Positions 25,693 to 34,021 of a DNA stretch of 47,234 nucleotides are shown here, piece after piece. Each line of letters starts with the position of its first letter. Position 1 is the stretch's first letter. Below the pieces are notes generated by a model that saw nothing but the letters and a program-made list of their open reading frames with translations, was not told the origin of the DNA and searched no databases. Position numbers and translations under genes: made by a program. The DNA comes from a virus. The DNA lies in the IMG/VR virus record IMGVR_UViG_3300027765_000001, positions 1 through 47,234 of that record. One strand, 5' to 3'.

Positions 25693-26090
25693 GTGCTCCT
25701 TCTCCCCGGAGGGACGTACCTCCGTCCAGGAACCGCTGTGCGGCCCTCTCCGGGCCGCTGATAGCGGCTGCGTACCGATTGCTTCATCTCGATGCCTGCG
25801 GCCCGCAGGATGGGCTCCAGGCGCTTCAGCGCCTCGGCCTTGTCGCAGTGCTCCATAGCCATGACCAAGTGCACGGCAGTGCCCTTGAAGCCGCAGGCAA
25901 AGCAGAAGGCCACCTCTTTGTCGGTGTTCACCGTCAGGGATGGCCTTCGCTCGCCGTGGACTGGACAGAGCGTGATCTGCTCGCCCCAGCGAGAGCCGTG
26001 CAGTTCTACGCCGTAGTGCTCCAGCGCGGCTCTCAGTAGCCCGTCTCCTTCAGAGTCGCGGCGGCCAGGAGTACGTCCATACGAAGCCAT
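25689..26090 (-). CDS. CHC2 zinc-finger primase subunit (DnaG N-terminal-like)
   Basis: CPVHGERRPSLTVNTDKEVAFCFACGFKGTAVHLV is the CHC2 pattern. The ATG at 26090 follows AAGGGGGAG but overlaps the upstream gene by 58 nt. A CTG at 26036 is an alternative start. Confidence 0.65.
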   Translation of the reverse strand: MASYGRTPGRRDSEGDGLLRAALEHYGVELHGSRWGEQITLCPVHGERRPSLTVNTDKEVAFCFACGFKGTAVHLVMAMEHCDKAEALKRLEPILRAAGIEMKQSVRSRYQRPGEGRTAVPGRRYVPPGRRST

Positions 26091-26443
26091 GCCAGCTCCC
26101 CCTTTGCCACTGCCTGGGGGCCGCCGTGCCGCAGTGCCGCAGGCACCATGTCGGCCCGCATGTAAGCGTCCCACTGGCCCACTGGCTTGCGCGCACGCTT
26201 CACAACCAGGACGCAGGCGGAGGCGCCTGCGTTGGCCATCTCCGCCTCGGTCTCCCGCCGCCAGGCGGCCAGCTCCTGCCGCGCAGCGGCCTTGACCTCG
26301 ATGACCACGCCGGGAATCCCGGCGACATCGCCCTTGTCCTTGTTGCCCGACAGGGCCCGGCGCTCCGCCGCCGGCCACCAGTTCTGGAGGTAGCGCACGA
26401 CCTCGCGTTCCGCGGTCGTGCCCTTTGCCTTCGCCTTGCTCAC
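26033..26443 (-). CDS. PD-(D/E)XK nuclease, Holliday-junction-resolvase-like
   Basis: GTTAEREVVRYL...GDVAGIPGVVIEVK fits the E...D...ExK pattern. GTG overlaps the upstream TAG. Confidence 0.6.
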   Translation of the reverse strand: MSKAKAKGTTAEREVVRYLQNWWPAAERRALSGNKDKGDVAGIPGVVIEVKAAARQELAAWRRETEAEMANAGASACVLVVKRARKPVGQWDAYMRADMVPAALRHGGPQAVAKGELAWLRMDVLLAAATLKETGY

Positions 26444-26652
26444 TAGCAGCACCCCCGCATGTGGGACCAGGCCCGCCTGAAGGCGGCGCCCTGACTGGGG
26501 AGCGTGACCAGCGACACCCTGTTGGTGTCGTGGTCGCAGTGGTGTTCCCAGGTCCACAGACCTGGGGCGATCCGGAAGACCCGGGCCCGGACGTACAGCC
26601 GCACAGGCGGCAGGTCATGGCCGCGCAGCGGCAAGACGTGCAGATCGGCCAT
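26443..26652 (-). CDS. Hypothetical protein (69 aa)
   Basis: GAGGAGAAG SD. TGATG coupling. Internal start of track ORF 26443..26856. Confidence 0.5.
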   Translation of the reverse strand: MADLHVLPLRGHDLPPVRLYVRARVFRIAPGLWTWEHHCDHDTNRVSLVTLPSQGAAFRRAWSHMRGCC

Positions 26653-26960
26653 CACTTCTCCTCGCCGACGTAGCGTGCGTACACGCGGTGCTCCGCACGC
26701 TCCCGGCCTCCGCCGGGATCGGTCACCTTGACCGACCGGGCCACGGCCTCGAACGAGCCCGCCGGCTCGTAGTGCCGCAACCGCGTCGCGGTGCGGATGG
26801 CGTACGCCAGGGCAGCCGCCTTGCGGCTGGTGGTCCTCGTGGCCACCATGGCCCACTCGCCGCGCCTGTAGCGCAACTGCGCGGCGATGATGGGGTGCGG
26901 CAGTTGCCGCACGGAGTGCCGCCCCGCGGGCGGCTCCTCGAACCTGATCTCGTCGCTCAT
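26652..26960 (-). CDS. Hypothetical protein (102 aa)
   Basis: ATGA-coupled internal start of track ORF 26652..27293. Confidence 0.5.
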   Translation of the reverse strand: MSDEIRFEEPPAGRHSVRQLPHPIIAAQLRYRRGEWAMVATRTTSRKAAALAYAIRTATRLRHYEPAGSFEAVARSVKVTDPGGGRERAEHRVYARYVGEEK

Positions 26961-27322
26961 TCGGAACCCCAGATCTGTACCGGGATGCCCGCCTCGCGGG
27001 CGAGCTTGATCGTGTGCTGTGTTCCGCGCCCTCCGGGCAGCGGAAAGGCCAGGACCAGATCGGCCCCGGCCTCGATCATCTGGCGGTTGCGGATGGGTCC
27101 GGCGGCGTTGCCGTACGTGTGCCAGTCGGCCGGGAAGGTCTCCACGGCCACGCCGAGGCGCTTGGCCAGTTCGTCCGCGATGGCATCTGCCCCAGTGGGG
27201 CAGGCGCCGTGAACGACCACGAAGGGCTCCTCCGGGTCCGCCCCGGCGATGGCGTCGATAAGACCGAACTTGACGGCGCCGGAATTGCTCCACTCCCTGG
27301 AGCCCGTGACGATGACCCTCAC
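26957..27322 (-). CDS. DUF2493 / SLOG-family protein
   Basis: VIVTGSREW...VVVHGACPTGADAIADELA...FPADWHTYGNAAGPIRNRQM matches the DUF2493 pattern as I recall it. GTGA coupling. Confidence 0.65.
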   Translation of the reverse strand: MRVIVTGSREWSNSGAVKFGLIDAIAGADPEEPFVVVHGACPTGADAIADELAKRLGVAVETFPADWHTYGNAAGPIRNRQMIEAGADLVLAFPLPGGRGTQHTIKLAREAGIPVQIWGSE

Positions 27323-27513
27323 GACATGCCCTCCGCCACGCGGAGGATGGCGGCGTACTCCGCCGCCCGCTCGTCCAGGGCCTTGACCTGCTTGCCCATC
27401 TCCAGGGCTCTGGCGGTCGCCGGCAGGCGCCGCCATTCCTCGCGCTTGCGCTCGGCGCGCAGCGCCAGATCGGCGTGCCGAGCCCTCAGCTCGGCAATGG
27501 TCAGGGGGCTCAC
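27319..27513 (-). CDS. Hypothetical helical protein (64 aa)
   Basis: GTGA-coupled start inside track ORF 27319..27537. Confidence 0.45.
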   Translation of the reverse strand: MSPLTIAELRARHADLALRAERKREEWRRLPATARALEMGKQVKALDERAAEYAAILRVAEGMS

Positions 27514-27764
27514 TTGGACGGCCGCCCTTCGGGCCACAGGGACGGGTCATCCCCGAAGCCCAGTTCGCTGAACAGTCGCCCGGCTGTGTCACGCATGTCA
27601 CCGTTCAGGGCGAAGTCCTGGCCGCGAGCGGCGGCGTTCAGGATCCACTTCAAGCCGTCCATGGCGTACTCGTTGACGACCATGGTTGTCACCTGAAACT
27701 GGTGACTGCTCCCGCAGTCACAGGGCACGGTCTTGGTATCCGTGCCCTTGATCTCGATACTCAC
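27510..27764 (-). CDS. Hypothetical protein (84 aa)
   Basis: GTGA-coupled start inside track ORF 27510..28226. Confidence 0.45.
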   Translation of the reverse strand: MSIEIKGTDTKTVPCDCGSSHQFQVTTMVVNEYAMDGLKWILNAAARGQDFALNGDMRDTAGRLFSELGFGDDPSLWPEGRPSK

Positions 27765-28600
27765 TTCCACCACTGCCCTTCGTCGCCCGCATGGGCGTGC
27801 TCGTAGCCCGCGTACGCGGGCATGGGGATGTAGTCCGTGACCCGCGAAGTTGCGGGGTCCACGGACATCCGGAACGGGTTCTTCGCGTCCGGATCTGACT
27901 TGGCCTTGCGGACCTTGACTCCGGCGGCCCACATGCCGCCCTCGTTGTCCATGCCGACGTTGACCATCACGGCCGGAAGGCCGGAGATCTTCCCCAGGAC
28001 ATCGACCCGGGACGGGACCGGATAGCCCTTGGCCCCGTCCGTGCAGTGATGCACCAGGATCACTGCCGCCTCGGTCTCCCTGGCTATCGCCAGGGACTGC
28101 ATCATGACCTCGCGCAGAGCGCCCCATTCGTCCAGTCCGTCCAGGACGACGTTCTTCAAGATGTCGATCAGGATCACCTTCGGCCACAGGCCGTTGACCT
28201 CGTGATATGCGTACAGCTCCAGCCACACGTCATCCAGGTGCAGTGGCACCTGGAAGTTCCATTGGATGTGGTCGAAGCGCGCCAGCGCTTGCGCCGCGTC
28301 CTGCGGCGCGGAGGAGATCCACTCCTCCATCGCTTCCGAGGTCTTGCCCGAGGTCATGGCCAGCAGCCGGCTGGCCACCGTCAAGTCGTCGGAGTCGTTG
28401 GAGAAGCCCAGGGTCGGAAGACCCATGTTCACGATGGCATTCAACGCCAACATCGTTTTGAACGAGCCGGGTCTCCCGGCGATCATGTGCACGTTCTTGG
28501 GGTAGAACCGGATACCCCGATCGGCCCATGACGCGAAGGGCGCCGGGAGGGGGTCAACCCCCACGGCGCCCTTGGTCACGGCCCGGCTGAGCCTCTTCAC
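27761..28600 (-). CDS. DnaB-C-terminal-like RecA-fold ATPase (helicase candidate)
   Basis: Walker A IAGRPGSFKTMLALN and Walker B KVILIDIL. GTGA-coupled internal start of track ORF 27761..29044. Confidence 0.65.
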   Translation of the reverse strand: MKRLSRAVTKGAVGVDPLPAPFASWADRGIRFYPKNVHMIAGRPGSFKTMLALNAIVNMGLPTLGFSNDSDDLTVASRLLAMTSGKTSEAMEEWISSAPQDAAQALARFDHIQWNFQVPLHLDDVWLELYAYHEVNGLWPKVILIDILKNVVLDGLDEWGALREVMMQSLAIARETEAAVILVHHCTDGAKGYPVPSRVDVLGKISGLPAVMVNVGMDNEGGMWAAGVKVRKAKSDPDAKNPFRMSVDPATSRVTDYIPMPAYAGYEHAHAGDEGQWWK

Positions 28601-28815
28601 TCGCCTTCGCTGGGCAGGCGGTAGCCTGCCGCATCCAACCGGAAGGCCAAGTCGGTGGCGTCCACGCCGCCAACGTCGTTGGCCTCGATGCACCACTCGT
28701 TGACGATGCTCATCACTTCCTGGTGCATGTCCTCCAGGAGAACGATGCGTTCCGCGAGTGCTCGGGCGCTCTCCTGGTAGTACGTCTCGATCCGCTGGTC
28801 CCGGGTGTCGCTCAC
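28597..28815 (-). CDS. Hypothetical protein (72 aa)
   Basis: GTGA-coupled internal start of track ORF 28597..28980. Confidence 0.45.
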   Translation of the reverse strand: MSDTRDQRIETYYQESARALAERIVLLEDMHQEVMSIVNEWCIEANDVGGVDATDLAFRLDAAGYRLPSEGE

Positions 28816-29132
28816 AGCTCCTCGCCGCCCTTCGCGGCGAGCCCGAGTCCGAGCATGACGTGGGACCAGCGGTTGTCCTCGCTGGTCCGATAGACCACCA
28901 GGGCGGGCCAGACCCAGTCCCTGGCCCGCAGGATGCGCAGCATCTCCTCGGGCTCCAGTCCGTTGCCGTGGCTGGTCCACGCCGGTATCGGCGTGATGTG
29001 GCTGCTGGGCCGGAACGGCGCATGGTACTCGGTGGCACCGACATTGCGGTCGCGGAGGATTTTGTTGACTTCCACGACCACGGCTTCGGCCTCGCGGCCG
29101 TCCGGGAACAGGACGAAGGTGGCGGCGGTCAT
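28812..29132 (-). CDS. Hypothetical protein (106 aa)
   Basis: ATGA-coupled internal start of track ORF 28812..29909. Confidence 0.5.
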   Translation of the reverse strand: MTAATFVLFPDGREAEAVVVEVNKILRDRNVGATEYHAPFRPSSHITPIPAWTSHGNGLEPEEMLRILRARDWVWPALVVYRTSEDNRWSHVMLGLGLAAKGGEEL

Positions 29133-29878
29133 GCCGCCACCGGGTTGAACTGGGCGAACGCCTGCGCCACCTCGGGCGCGCAGGCCCAGAACTTCTGCTC
29201 CTTGCGCCAGGAGACCTGGCCGCCCTTGAAGGGGTCGCCCTTCTTGAGCCCGTACTGCGTCACGATGCCGTCGAAGGTGGCCTTCTGCTGGAAGGGCACC
29301 GTCAGCCGGTACCAACCGGCCGGGAGGCCGGAGCCGCCGCCCTGCGGCGCACCGCCCCAGCCCTGCTGCTGGGGCATCTGCGGTGCCCCGGCCTGCTGCC
29401 AGGCCGGCTGGCCCGGGAAGGGCTGGTTCGGCGGCGGAGCCGGCGGGTTCCAGTTCGGCTGCCCCTGCGGGGCCTGCTGGAAGCCCTGAGCGGGCGCCTG
29501 CGGCGCCGGGGCTCCGCCCCCGGCCACCTGCCGCCAAGCGGCCTGGAGACGGCCGGAGACGGCCGTCAGGGCCTCGGCCGCCTCGGCCAGCGCCTCGGCC
29601 GTGTTGGCCCGGATGACCATCATGCTGCCGTCCGGCAGCTTCGGGGACCACGTGTAGACGTGGTTGTGCGGGTTGGACGGCAGCTCGGGGAAGTTCGCAG
29701 TCTGGACGGCGCTGCCGTCCCAGTTCTGGGTCTGGTCCTCGTTGTCCCAGGGGGCCTGCTCCGCAGGGGTCTCGTTCTGCTCGGTCACGCTGTTCTCCTC
29801 GATCGAGATCACTTGAAACGAACCGAGCCCCGCGCCAAGTCGGCGCAGGGCTCGAAGGTCTGTGCTGTCCCAGCTCAT
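29129..29878 (-). CDS. Hypothetical protein with P/Q/G-rich low-complexity linker
   Basis: ATGA-coupled ATG at 29878. GTG at 29788 (after GAGGAGA) is an alternative start. Confidence 0.5.
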   Translation of the reverse strand: MSWDSTDLRALRRLGAGLGSFQVISIEENSVTEQNETPAEQAPWDNEDQTQNWDGSAVQTANFPELPSNPHNHVYTWSPKLPDGSMMVIRANTAEALAEAAEALTAVSGRLQAAWRQVAGGGAPAPQAPAQGFQQAPQGQPNWNPPAPPPNQPFPGQPAWQQAGAPQMPQQQGWGGAPQGGGSGLPAGWYRLTVPFQQKATFDGIVTQYGLKKGDPFKGGQVSWRKEQKFWACAPEVAQAFAQFNPVAA

Positions 29879-30120
29879 CTGCGCCTCGCGCACTGGGGGT
29901 ATCGGGCATGAAGAAGGCAGGCGCGGTACGCCTGCCTGTCGTTGATCAGCACGGTCTCGTAGTCGTCCGTCAGGACGATCAGGAGCCCGTCCGGGCTCCG
30001 CCTGACGACCTCGCCCTGAAGGGCGGTATGCCGCGCTTGCGGCGGCTGTGCCGCCTCGGGGCCGCAGGCCACCAGTAAGCCCGCCAGGAAGGCGGCCAGG
30101 AGGGCCAATGGCGCCCTCAC
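29875..30120 (-). CDS. Lipoprotein (81 aa) containing a TTA codon
   Basis: VRAPLALLAAFLAGLLVAC|GPE has a signal peptide plus lipobox L-V-A-C. The TTA Leu codon lies at 30076-30078. GTGA coupling. Confidence 0.6.
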   Translation of the reverse strand: MRAPLALLAAFLAGLLVACGPEAAQPPQARHTALQGEVVRRSPDGLLIVLTDDYETVLINDRQAYRACLLHARYPQCARRR

Positions 30121-30350
30121 TCGGGGCGCCTGGAGACGGCGATGCCGAACAGGCAGATGGCCACCATGGCGATGAAGAACGCCATCCAGTTCCAGCGGCC
30201 ATAGGCCGCGGTGACGGCGACGCCGGTCGCGTGAGCGGCCGTCAGGACCAGGAAGCCGCGCAGCGGGCGGCCCCGAAAGAAGAAGGCCGCCCCGAGGGCG
30301 GCCAGAAGGACTACGAAGATGGGCAGCACGCCCTCTCCTTTCGATGCCAT
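30117..30350 (-). CDS. Small integral membrane protein (three hydrophobic segments)
   Basis: Protein ...VLPIFVVLLAALGAAFFF...FLVLTAAHATGVAVTAA...WMAFFIAMVAICLFGIAV. The start is uncertain: ATG 30350 or GTG 30329 after AAGGAGAGG. Confidence 0.55.
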   Translation of the reverse strand: MASKGEGVLPIFVVLLAALGAAFFFRGRPLRGFLVLTAAHATGVAVTAAYGRWNWMAFFIAMVAICLFGIAVSRRPE

Positions 30351-30973
30351 TCGGCGAAGCGTTCGCCGATCCATTGCGTGTACGCCGGCGGCAGCATCTC
30401 CACCAGCTCCTCGTGGACATCCGTCCAGTCGATGCCCATGGCCCTTTGGGCCTCGGGGACGGTGGCCTTGCCACCGCCCTTGCCGTACACGGCCACGTAC
30501 GGGCCGTCCCGGACGACGCCGTGACGCATGCCGCGGACGTAGCCGCGGTGCTTGGGGTGTGCTGGCTTGACCGTGGACCAGTTACCCAGCTCGAAGTTCC
30601 GGTGTCGGATGACACCGAGCCCGAACATCTCCCCGCATAGCACCACATCCGGACGGGAGTCCGGATTCTCGATCACATACGGCTTCCCCGTGCGCTCCAG
30701 GAGCGCCTTGACTTGCGGGTACAGGTTCGGATGCAGGTGCCGACGGTGCTTGTTGGTGCCCTTGGTGATGGCCGCGGAGTGCTGGCACGGCGGCGAGGCG
30801 TGGATCAGATCGAAACCGAACGTCGTCCAGTGGACCTCAAGGGCGTCCATCTTGATGAACGTGAACGGGTAGTTCGGCTGGGGGTTGACGTCCACGCCCA
30901 CGACCTCGAAGCCGGCTCGGGCGTAGCCCGTCGCCGCTCCGCCGGCGTTGCAGAAGAGATCCAGTACGCGCAT
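30311..30973 (-). CDS. DNA (cytosine-5) methyltransferase, orphan
   Basis: Motif I DLFCNAGG, motif IV ASPPCQ and an ENV-like VIENP. No adjacent restriction gene. Confidence 0.85.
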   Translation of the reverse strand: MRVLDLFCNAGGAATGYARAGFEVVGVDVNPQPNYPFTFIKMDALEVHWTTFGFDLIHASPPCQHSAAITKGTNKHRRHLHPNLYPQVKALLERTGKPYVIENPDSRPDVVLCGEMFGLGVIRHRNFELGNWSTVKPAHPKHRGYVRGMRHGVVRDGPYVAVYGKGGGKATVPEAQRAMGIDWTDVHEELVEMLPPAYTQWIGERFAEWHRKERACCPSS

Positions 30974-31824
30974 CAGAACGGGATCACCTCATTCGCCGGA
31001 TGCGATGGGTCGAACTGGGCCGCCAGCGGCCCGTTGTTGGCGGCGCAGGACGCGCCGACATCGCAGACGAAGCATGCGGAAGGGAACCCGTTGGCCGGGA
31101 ACTCCCCGGCCTGGATGGTGTCCCAGACCTCGCCGAAGGCGGCGCCCACCGCCTCGGGCGTGTACTCGGCAAGCTCGTATGGCTTGCCGAGCGTGCCCTT
31201 CCTGTTCATGAAGGGCACGCCGATGTCGCACTGGACTCCGTACTTGACCTTGACCAGAGCGGCGTACGCCGCGAACTGCTCGGGCCCCTTCGGGGGCCGC
31301 TTGCCCGTCTTCAGGTCCACGATGATCAGCTTGTCCAGGACCGGATCGCGGAAGATCCGGTCCACGTAGCCCTTGATCTCGACCGGACAGCCGGGCAGCA
31401 TGCCCGACACATCCAATTCGATGGCAGGCAAATTGTCCGGAGTTGTCCAGATCTCGTACGGGCTGCGCTTGCGCCAGTCGAGGTACGCCCGGACGAAGGC
31501 CGGGCCGTTGACGTTCCAGACCTCGATGGGCTCGCTGGGCGAGCGCGCCCAGACGTTCTCGTTCGGCTCCGCCTTGCGAGCCTTGTCGAGTAGGGCGCTG
31601 AAGAGGCGTTCCCAGGCGAAGCCCACATTGAAGGCGCTCTCCTGGCCCATCAGGGCCATTCGGTCGTACTGCTCCGTCGCCTCGTGGACGGCGGAGCCGC
31701 CGGCCGACCATAGGGCGGGTCGGCGCGGAGCCTCGGTCATGTACTTCAGGAACCACGCCTTCGCGCAGCGCTCCAGGCTCTCGCGGGAGCTGTGCGACAG
31801 ATGCTTAAGCTGCTTCACCCACAT
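30973..31824 (-). CDS. Cas4/RecB-family PD-(D/E)XK exonuclease with four-Cys cluster
   Basis: VEIKGYVDRI...IIVDLKTGK nuclease core. N-terminal Cys (ERCAKAW) plus C-terminal CFVCDVGASC (Cx2Cx5C). Confidence 0.75.
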   Translation of the reverse strand: MWVKQLKHLSHSSRESLERCAKAWFLKYMTEAPRRPALWSAGGSAVHEATEQYDRMALMGQESAFNVGFAWERLFSALLDKARKAEPNENVWARSPSEPIEVWNVNGPAFVRAYLDWRKRSPYEIWTTPDNLPAIELDVSGMLPGCPVEIKGYVDRIFRDPVLDKLIIVDLKTGKRPPKGPEQFAAYAALVKVKYGVQCDIGVPFMNRKGTLGKPYELAEYTPEAVGAAFGEVWDTIQAGEFPANGFPSACFVCDVGASCAANNGPLAAQFDPSHPANEVIPF

Positions 31825-32143
31825 CCCCCTTCGTCCAGCCCACCGCTTCGCGGGCCTCCTCGGCGGCCTTCTCGGCCGCCCTGCGGCGCCTTCGGCGCAG
31901 CAGGTACCGCTCGTACTGGTCCAGGCCGCCGTACAGGCCGTAGCGCTCGTCCAGGAACGTCTCCAGGCATCGCTGCCTGATCGGGCAGCGGAAGCAGATC
32001 TCCTTGGCCCTGGCCCAGTGCTTCAGGGGGATGGAGCCAGGGCTTCGGCACGGGTCCATCGGGCCCGGGTACCAGAAGGTGTCCTCCAGCTCCTTCGACT
32101 CCATGCCGAAGCAGATCCCGCCGGACAGATCCGGCGGGCTCAT
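31805..32143 (-). CDS. whiB: WhiB-family (Wbl) Fe-S transcription factor
   Basis: C...C...CFRCPIRQRC (Cx2Cx5C) followed by a basic tail RRRRRR. Confidence 0.8.
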   Translation of the reverse strand: MSPPDLSGGICFGMESKELEDTFWYPGPMDPCRSPGSIPLKHWARAKEICFRCPIRQRCLETFLDERYGLYGGLDQYERYLLRRRRRRAAEKAAEEAREAVGWTKGDVGEAA

Positions 32144-32424
32144 GGCGTGTCCGGATCGATGTGGTTGGCGGCGCCTCGCCAGAAGAGGCGCATGAGATCC
32201 ACGTTTTCGCGGGTCTCCACGTAGGTCCGGATCTTCTCCGCCGCCTCCCGCAAGGCGGTCTCCCGGCCGCGCTCCTCGGCGGCCTGGACCATCGCCACGA
32301 CAGACGGAAAGACCGCGTCGTGCGCCCTGCGGCGCACGTAGATGTTCTCGATGTTGCTCGCCCCGAGGGCGATCCTCAGCTCTTCGCGCAGCTCCGCCCT
32401 CCAGGCGGGCTCCTCCGTGCTCAT
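32140..32424 (-). CDS. Hypothetical protein (94 aa)
   Basis: GAAGGAGGG SD upstream of the ATG at 32424. The gene lies directly after the integrase terminator. Confidence 0.55.
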   Translation of the reverse strand: MSTEEPAWRAELREELRIALGASNIENIYVRRRAHDAVFPSVVAMVQAAEERGRETALREAAEKIRTYVETRENVDLMRLFWRGAANHIDPDTP

Positions 32425-32443
32425 GTCCCTCCTTCGGGGATGC

Positions 32444-32470
32444 AAAAGGCCCACCCGGATGGGGTGGGCC
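32444..32470 (-). terminator. Intrinsic terminator after the integrase gene
   Basis: On the minus strand, GGCCCACCC-caucc-GGGUGGGCC is followed by UUUU. Confidence 0.7.
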
Positions 32471-32489
32471 TCGATGTCAGTGCGGCGTG

Positions 32490-33926
32490 CTAGTGACGCC
32501 ATACGGGTTCGATCAGGTCGGGGTTGAACTTCACCACCCCCTTGCCTTGGGGGTGCACGATCACGCCCTCCAGGCTCCGCAGGATCAGCGCCCGCTGGCT
32601 CGGGAGTGGGAGGGCGTCGAACGCCTCCCGCGTGTGCTCCACGACCTCGTTGCGCCTGCCTTCGCGCTCCGCGCGACGCTTGAGCGTCGCCAGCTCCTTC
32701 TGCTTCTGCTCCAGATCCTGGAGCAGTGGAAGGGCAGTGGCCATGGTGATCTGATTGGCGATCACCGCGTCCCGTAGCTGCTTCAGGTCCGCGGTGCGCG
32801 AATCCAGCTCGCGCTGGTGCGCCTCGGTCCAGCCGGCCGCCACGAACTTCAGCTGCGCGCGCTGCTGGTCGGCCAGGACCAGCTCAATGACGAGCTGATC
32901 GATTGGGGCGCCGACTCGGGCAATCTTCCCGCAACCCTTGGCGTAGCCGCTGCGGTCGCACAGGTACACCTGGTACTGCGTGCCGCTGGCGCGGCGCCGC
33001 ATCTGGCCCCGCATGGGGCCGTTGCACGCCCCGCATCGGGCGATGCCCGACAGGAGATAGCGCATGGCGTTCGTACCCGGCCGCTCCCTGGTGGGGCGCC
33101 GGGACTCCAGCGCCTCCACCACCTCGGAGAGGCGGTCCTGGGAGCACAGCGGTTCCCAGGCCGCCGGAACCGGCGTTCCGGTGTCGTCCAGAACGACCTG
33201 CCCCCGGTAGACCTTGATCCCCGCCAGAGCCGGATTCGTCAGAATCCGGCGCACGGTCTTGTGATCCAGGCGCTCCGCGCCGCGGAACCGCTTCCCGGCT
33301 CGGGAGGTCGGGGCGATGCCCCGCTTGAGCCAGTCCGTCTGGATGTCGGAGATCTTCGCGCCGGCCAGGATGGCCTTGTGTGCGGCCAGGATCTCCGCCC
33401 TGGCCTCCGGGTCGGCCGTCAGGCCGTCGGCCTGCCAGCCATAGGGCTGACGCCCCCCGTGGGGCTTGCCTTCGCTGGCAAGTTCCAGTTGCTTGCGCTG
33501 GACGCGGCGGCCGGTGTCGGCCGAGGACTTGTTAGCGAACGCCACCATGACCCGGGCCATGGTCCGGCCGTCGGTGCTGGCCAGATTCACGTCACCCTCA
33601 AGGGTGGCGAACACGAAGTTCGGCCGCTCCTCGAAGATGTCGATGGCCCGCTCAAGGTCGCGCGGCTGACGCGCGAAGCGGTCCAGGTTGTAGACCACCA
33701 CGCCCTGGATGACACCCAGGTGCAGATCGCCCAGCAGGGCCTCGAACTCCGGGCGCACCACCTTGCGCTGGTACGCCGAGAAGTCGTTGTCCTCGTACAC
33801 CCTCACGACGTTCCAGCGACGTACCGCCGCGAGGGCGCAGCAGTCATCCCGCTGTCTGGCAACGCCCTTGGCGTCGCCTTCGCTATCGTCGGAGATGCGT
33901 ACGTAGACCCCCACGTCGATGGGCAT
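32490..33926 (-). CDS. int: Large serine recombinase (integrase)
   Basis: VGVYVRISDD...GVARQRDDC...VVVYNLDRFAR is the resolvase catalytic domain, followed by a long recombinase/zinc-ribbon/coiled-coil C-terminus. The ATG at 33926 follows GGGGAGGA. The track start at 34010 lacks an SD. Confidence 0.9.
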   Translation of the reverse strand: MPIDVGVYVRISDDSEGDAKGVARQRDDCCALAAVRRWNVVRVYEDNDFSAYQRKVVRPEFEALLGDLHLGVIQGVVVYNLDRFARQPRDLERAIDIFEERPNFVFATLEGDVNLASTDGRTMARVMVAFANKSSADTGRRVQRKQLELASEGKPHGGRQPYGWQADGLTADPEARAEILAAHKAILAGAKISDIQTDWLKRGIAPTSRAGKRFRGAERLDHKTVRRILTNPALAGIKVYRGQVVLDDTGTPVPAAWEPLCSQDRLSEVVEALESRRPTRERPGTNAMRYLLSGIARCGACNGPMRGQMRRRASGTQYQVYLCDRSGYAKGCGKIARVGAPIDQLVIELVLADQQRAQLKFVAAGWTEAHQRELDSRTADLKQLRDAVIANQITMATALPLLQDLEQKQKELATLKRRAEREGRRNEVVEHTREAFDALPLPSQRALILRSLEGVIVHPQGKGVVKFNPDLIEPVWRH

Positions 33927-34021
33927 GCGGTCCTCCCCTGGTGCCGGGCTCTCAGCAATAGGGGTGACAGTACCGTAAGTTGGCTTAGTGAGATCTTTAC
34001 GCCAATCCATGGTGTTGGATT
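33927..34021. other. Candidate attP region (95-bp AT-richer gap directly upstream of int)
   Basis: Positional inference only. I could not define a core or arm symmetry by eye. Confidence 0.3.

Noticed and set aside
33927-34021. A defined attP core with inverted arms.
   Set aside because: The CGTAA/TTACG and GTTGGC/GCCAAT elements are present but are not arranged as a true inverted repeat. The region is reported only as a low-confidence positional candidate.
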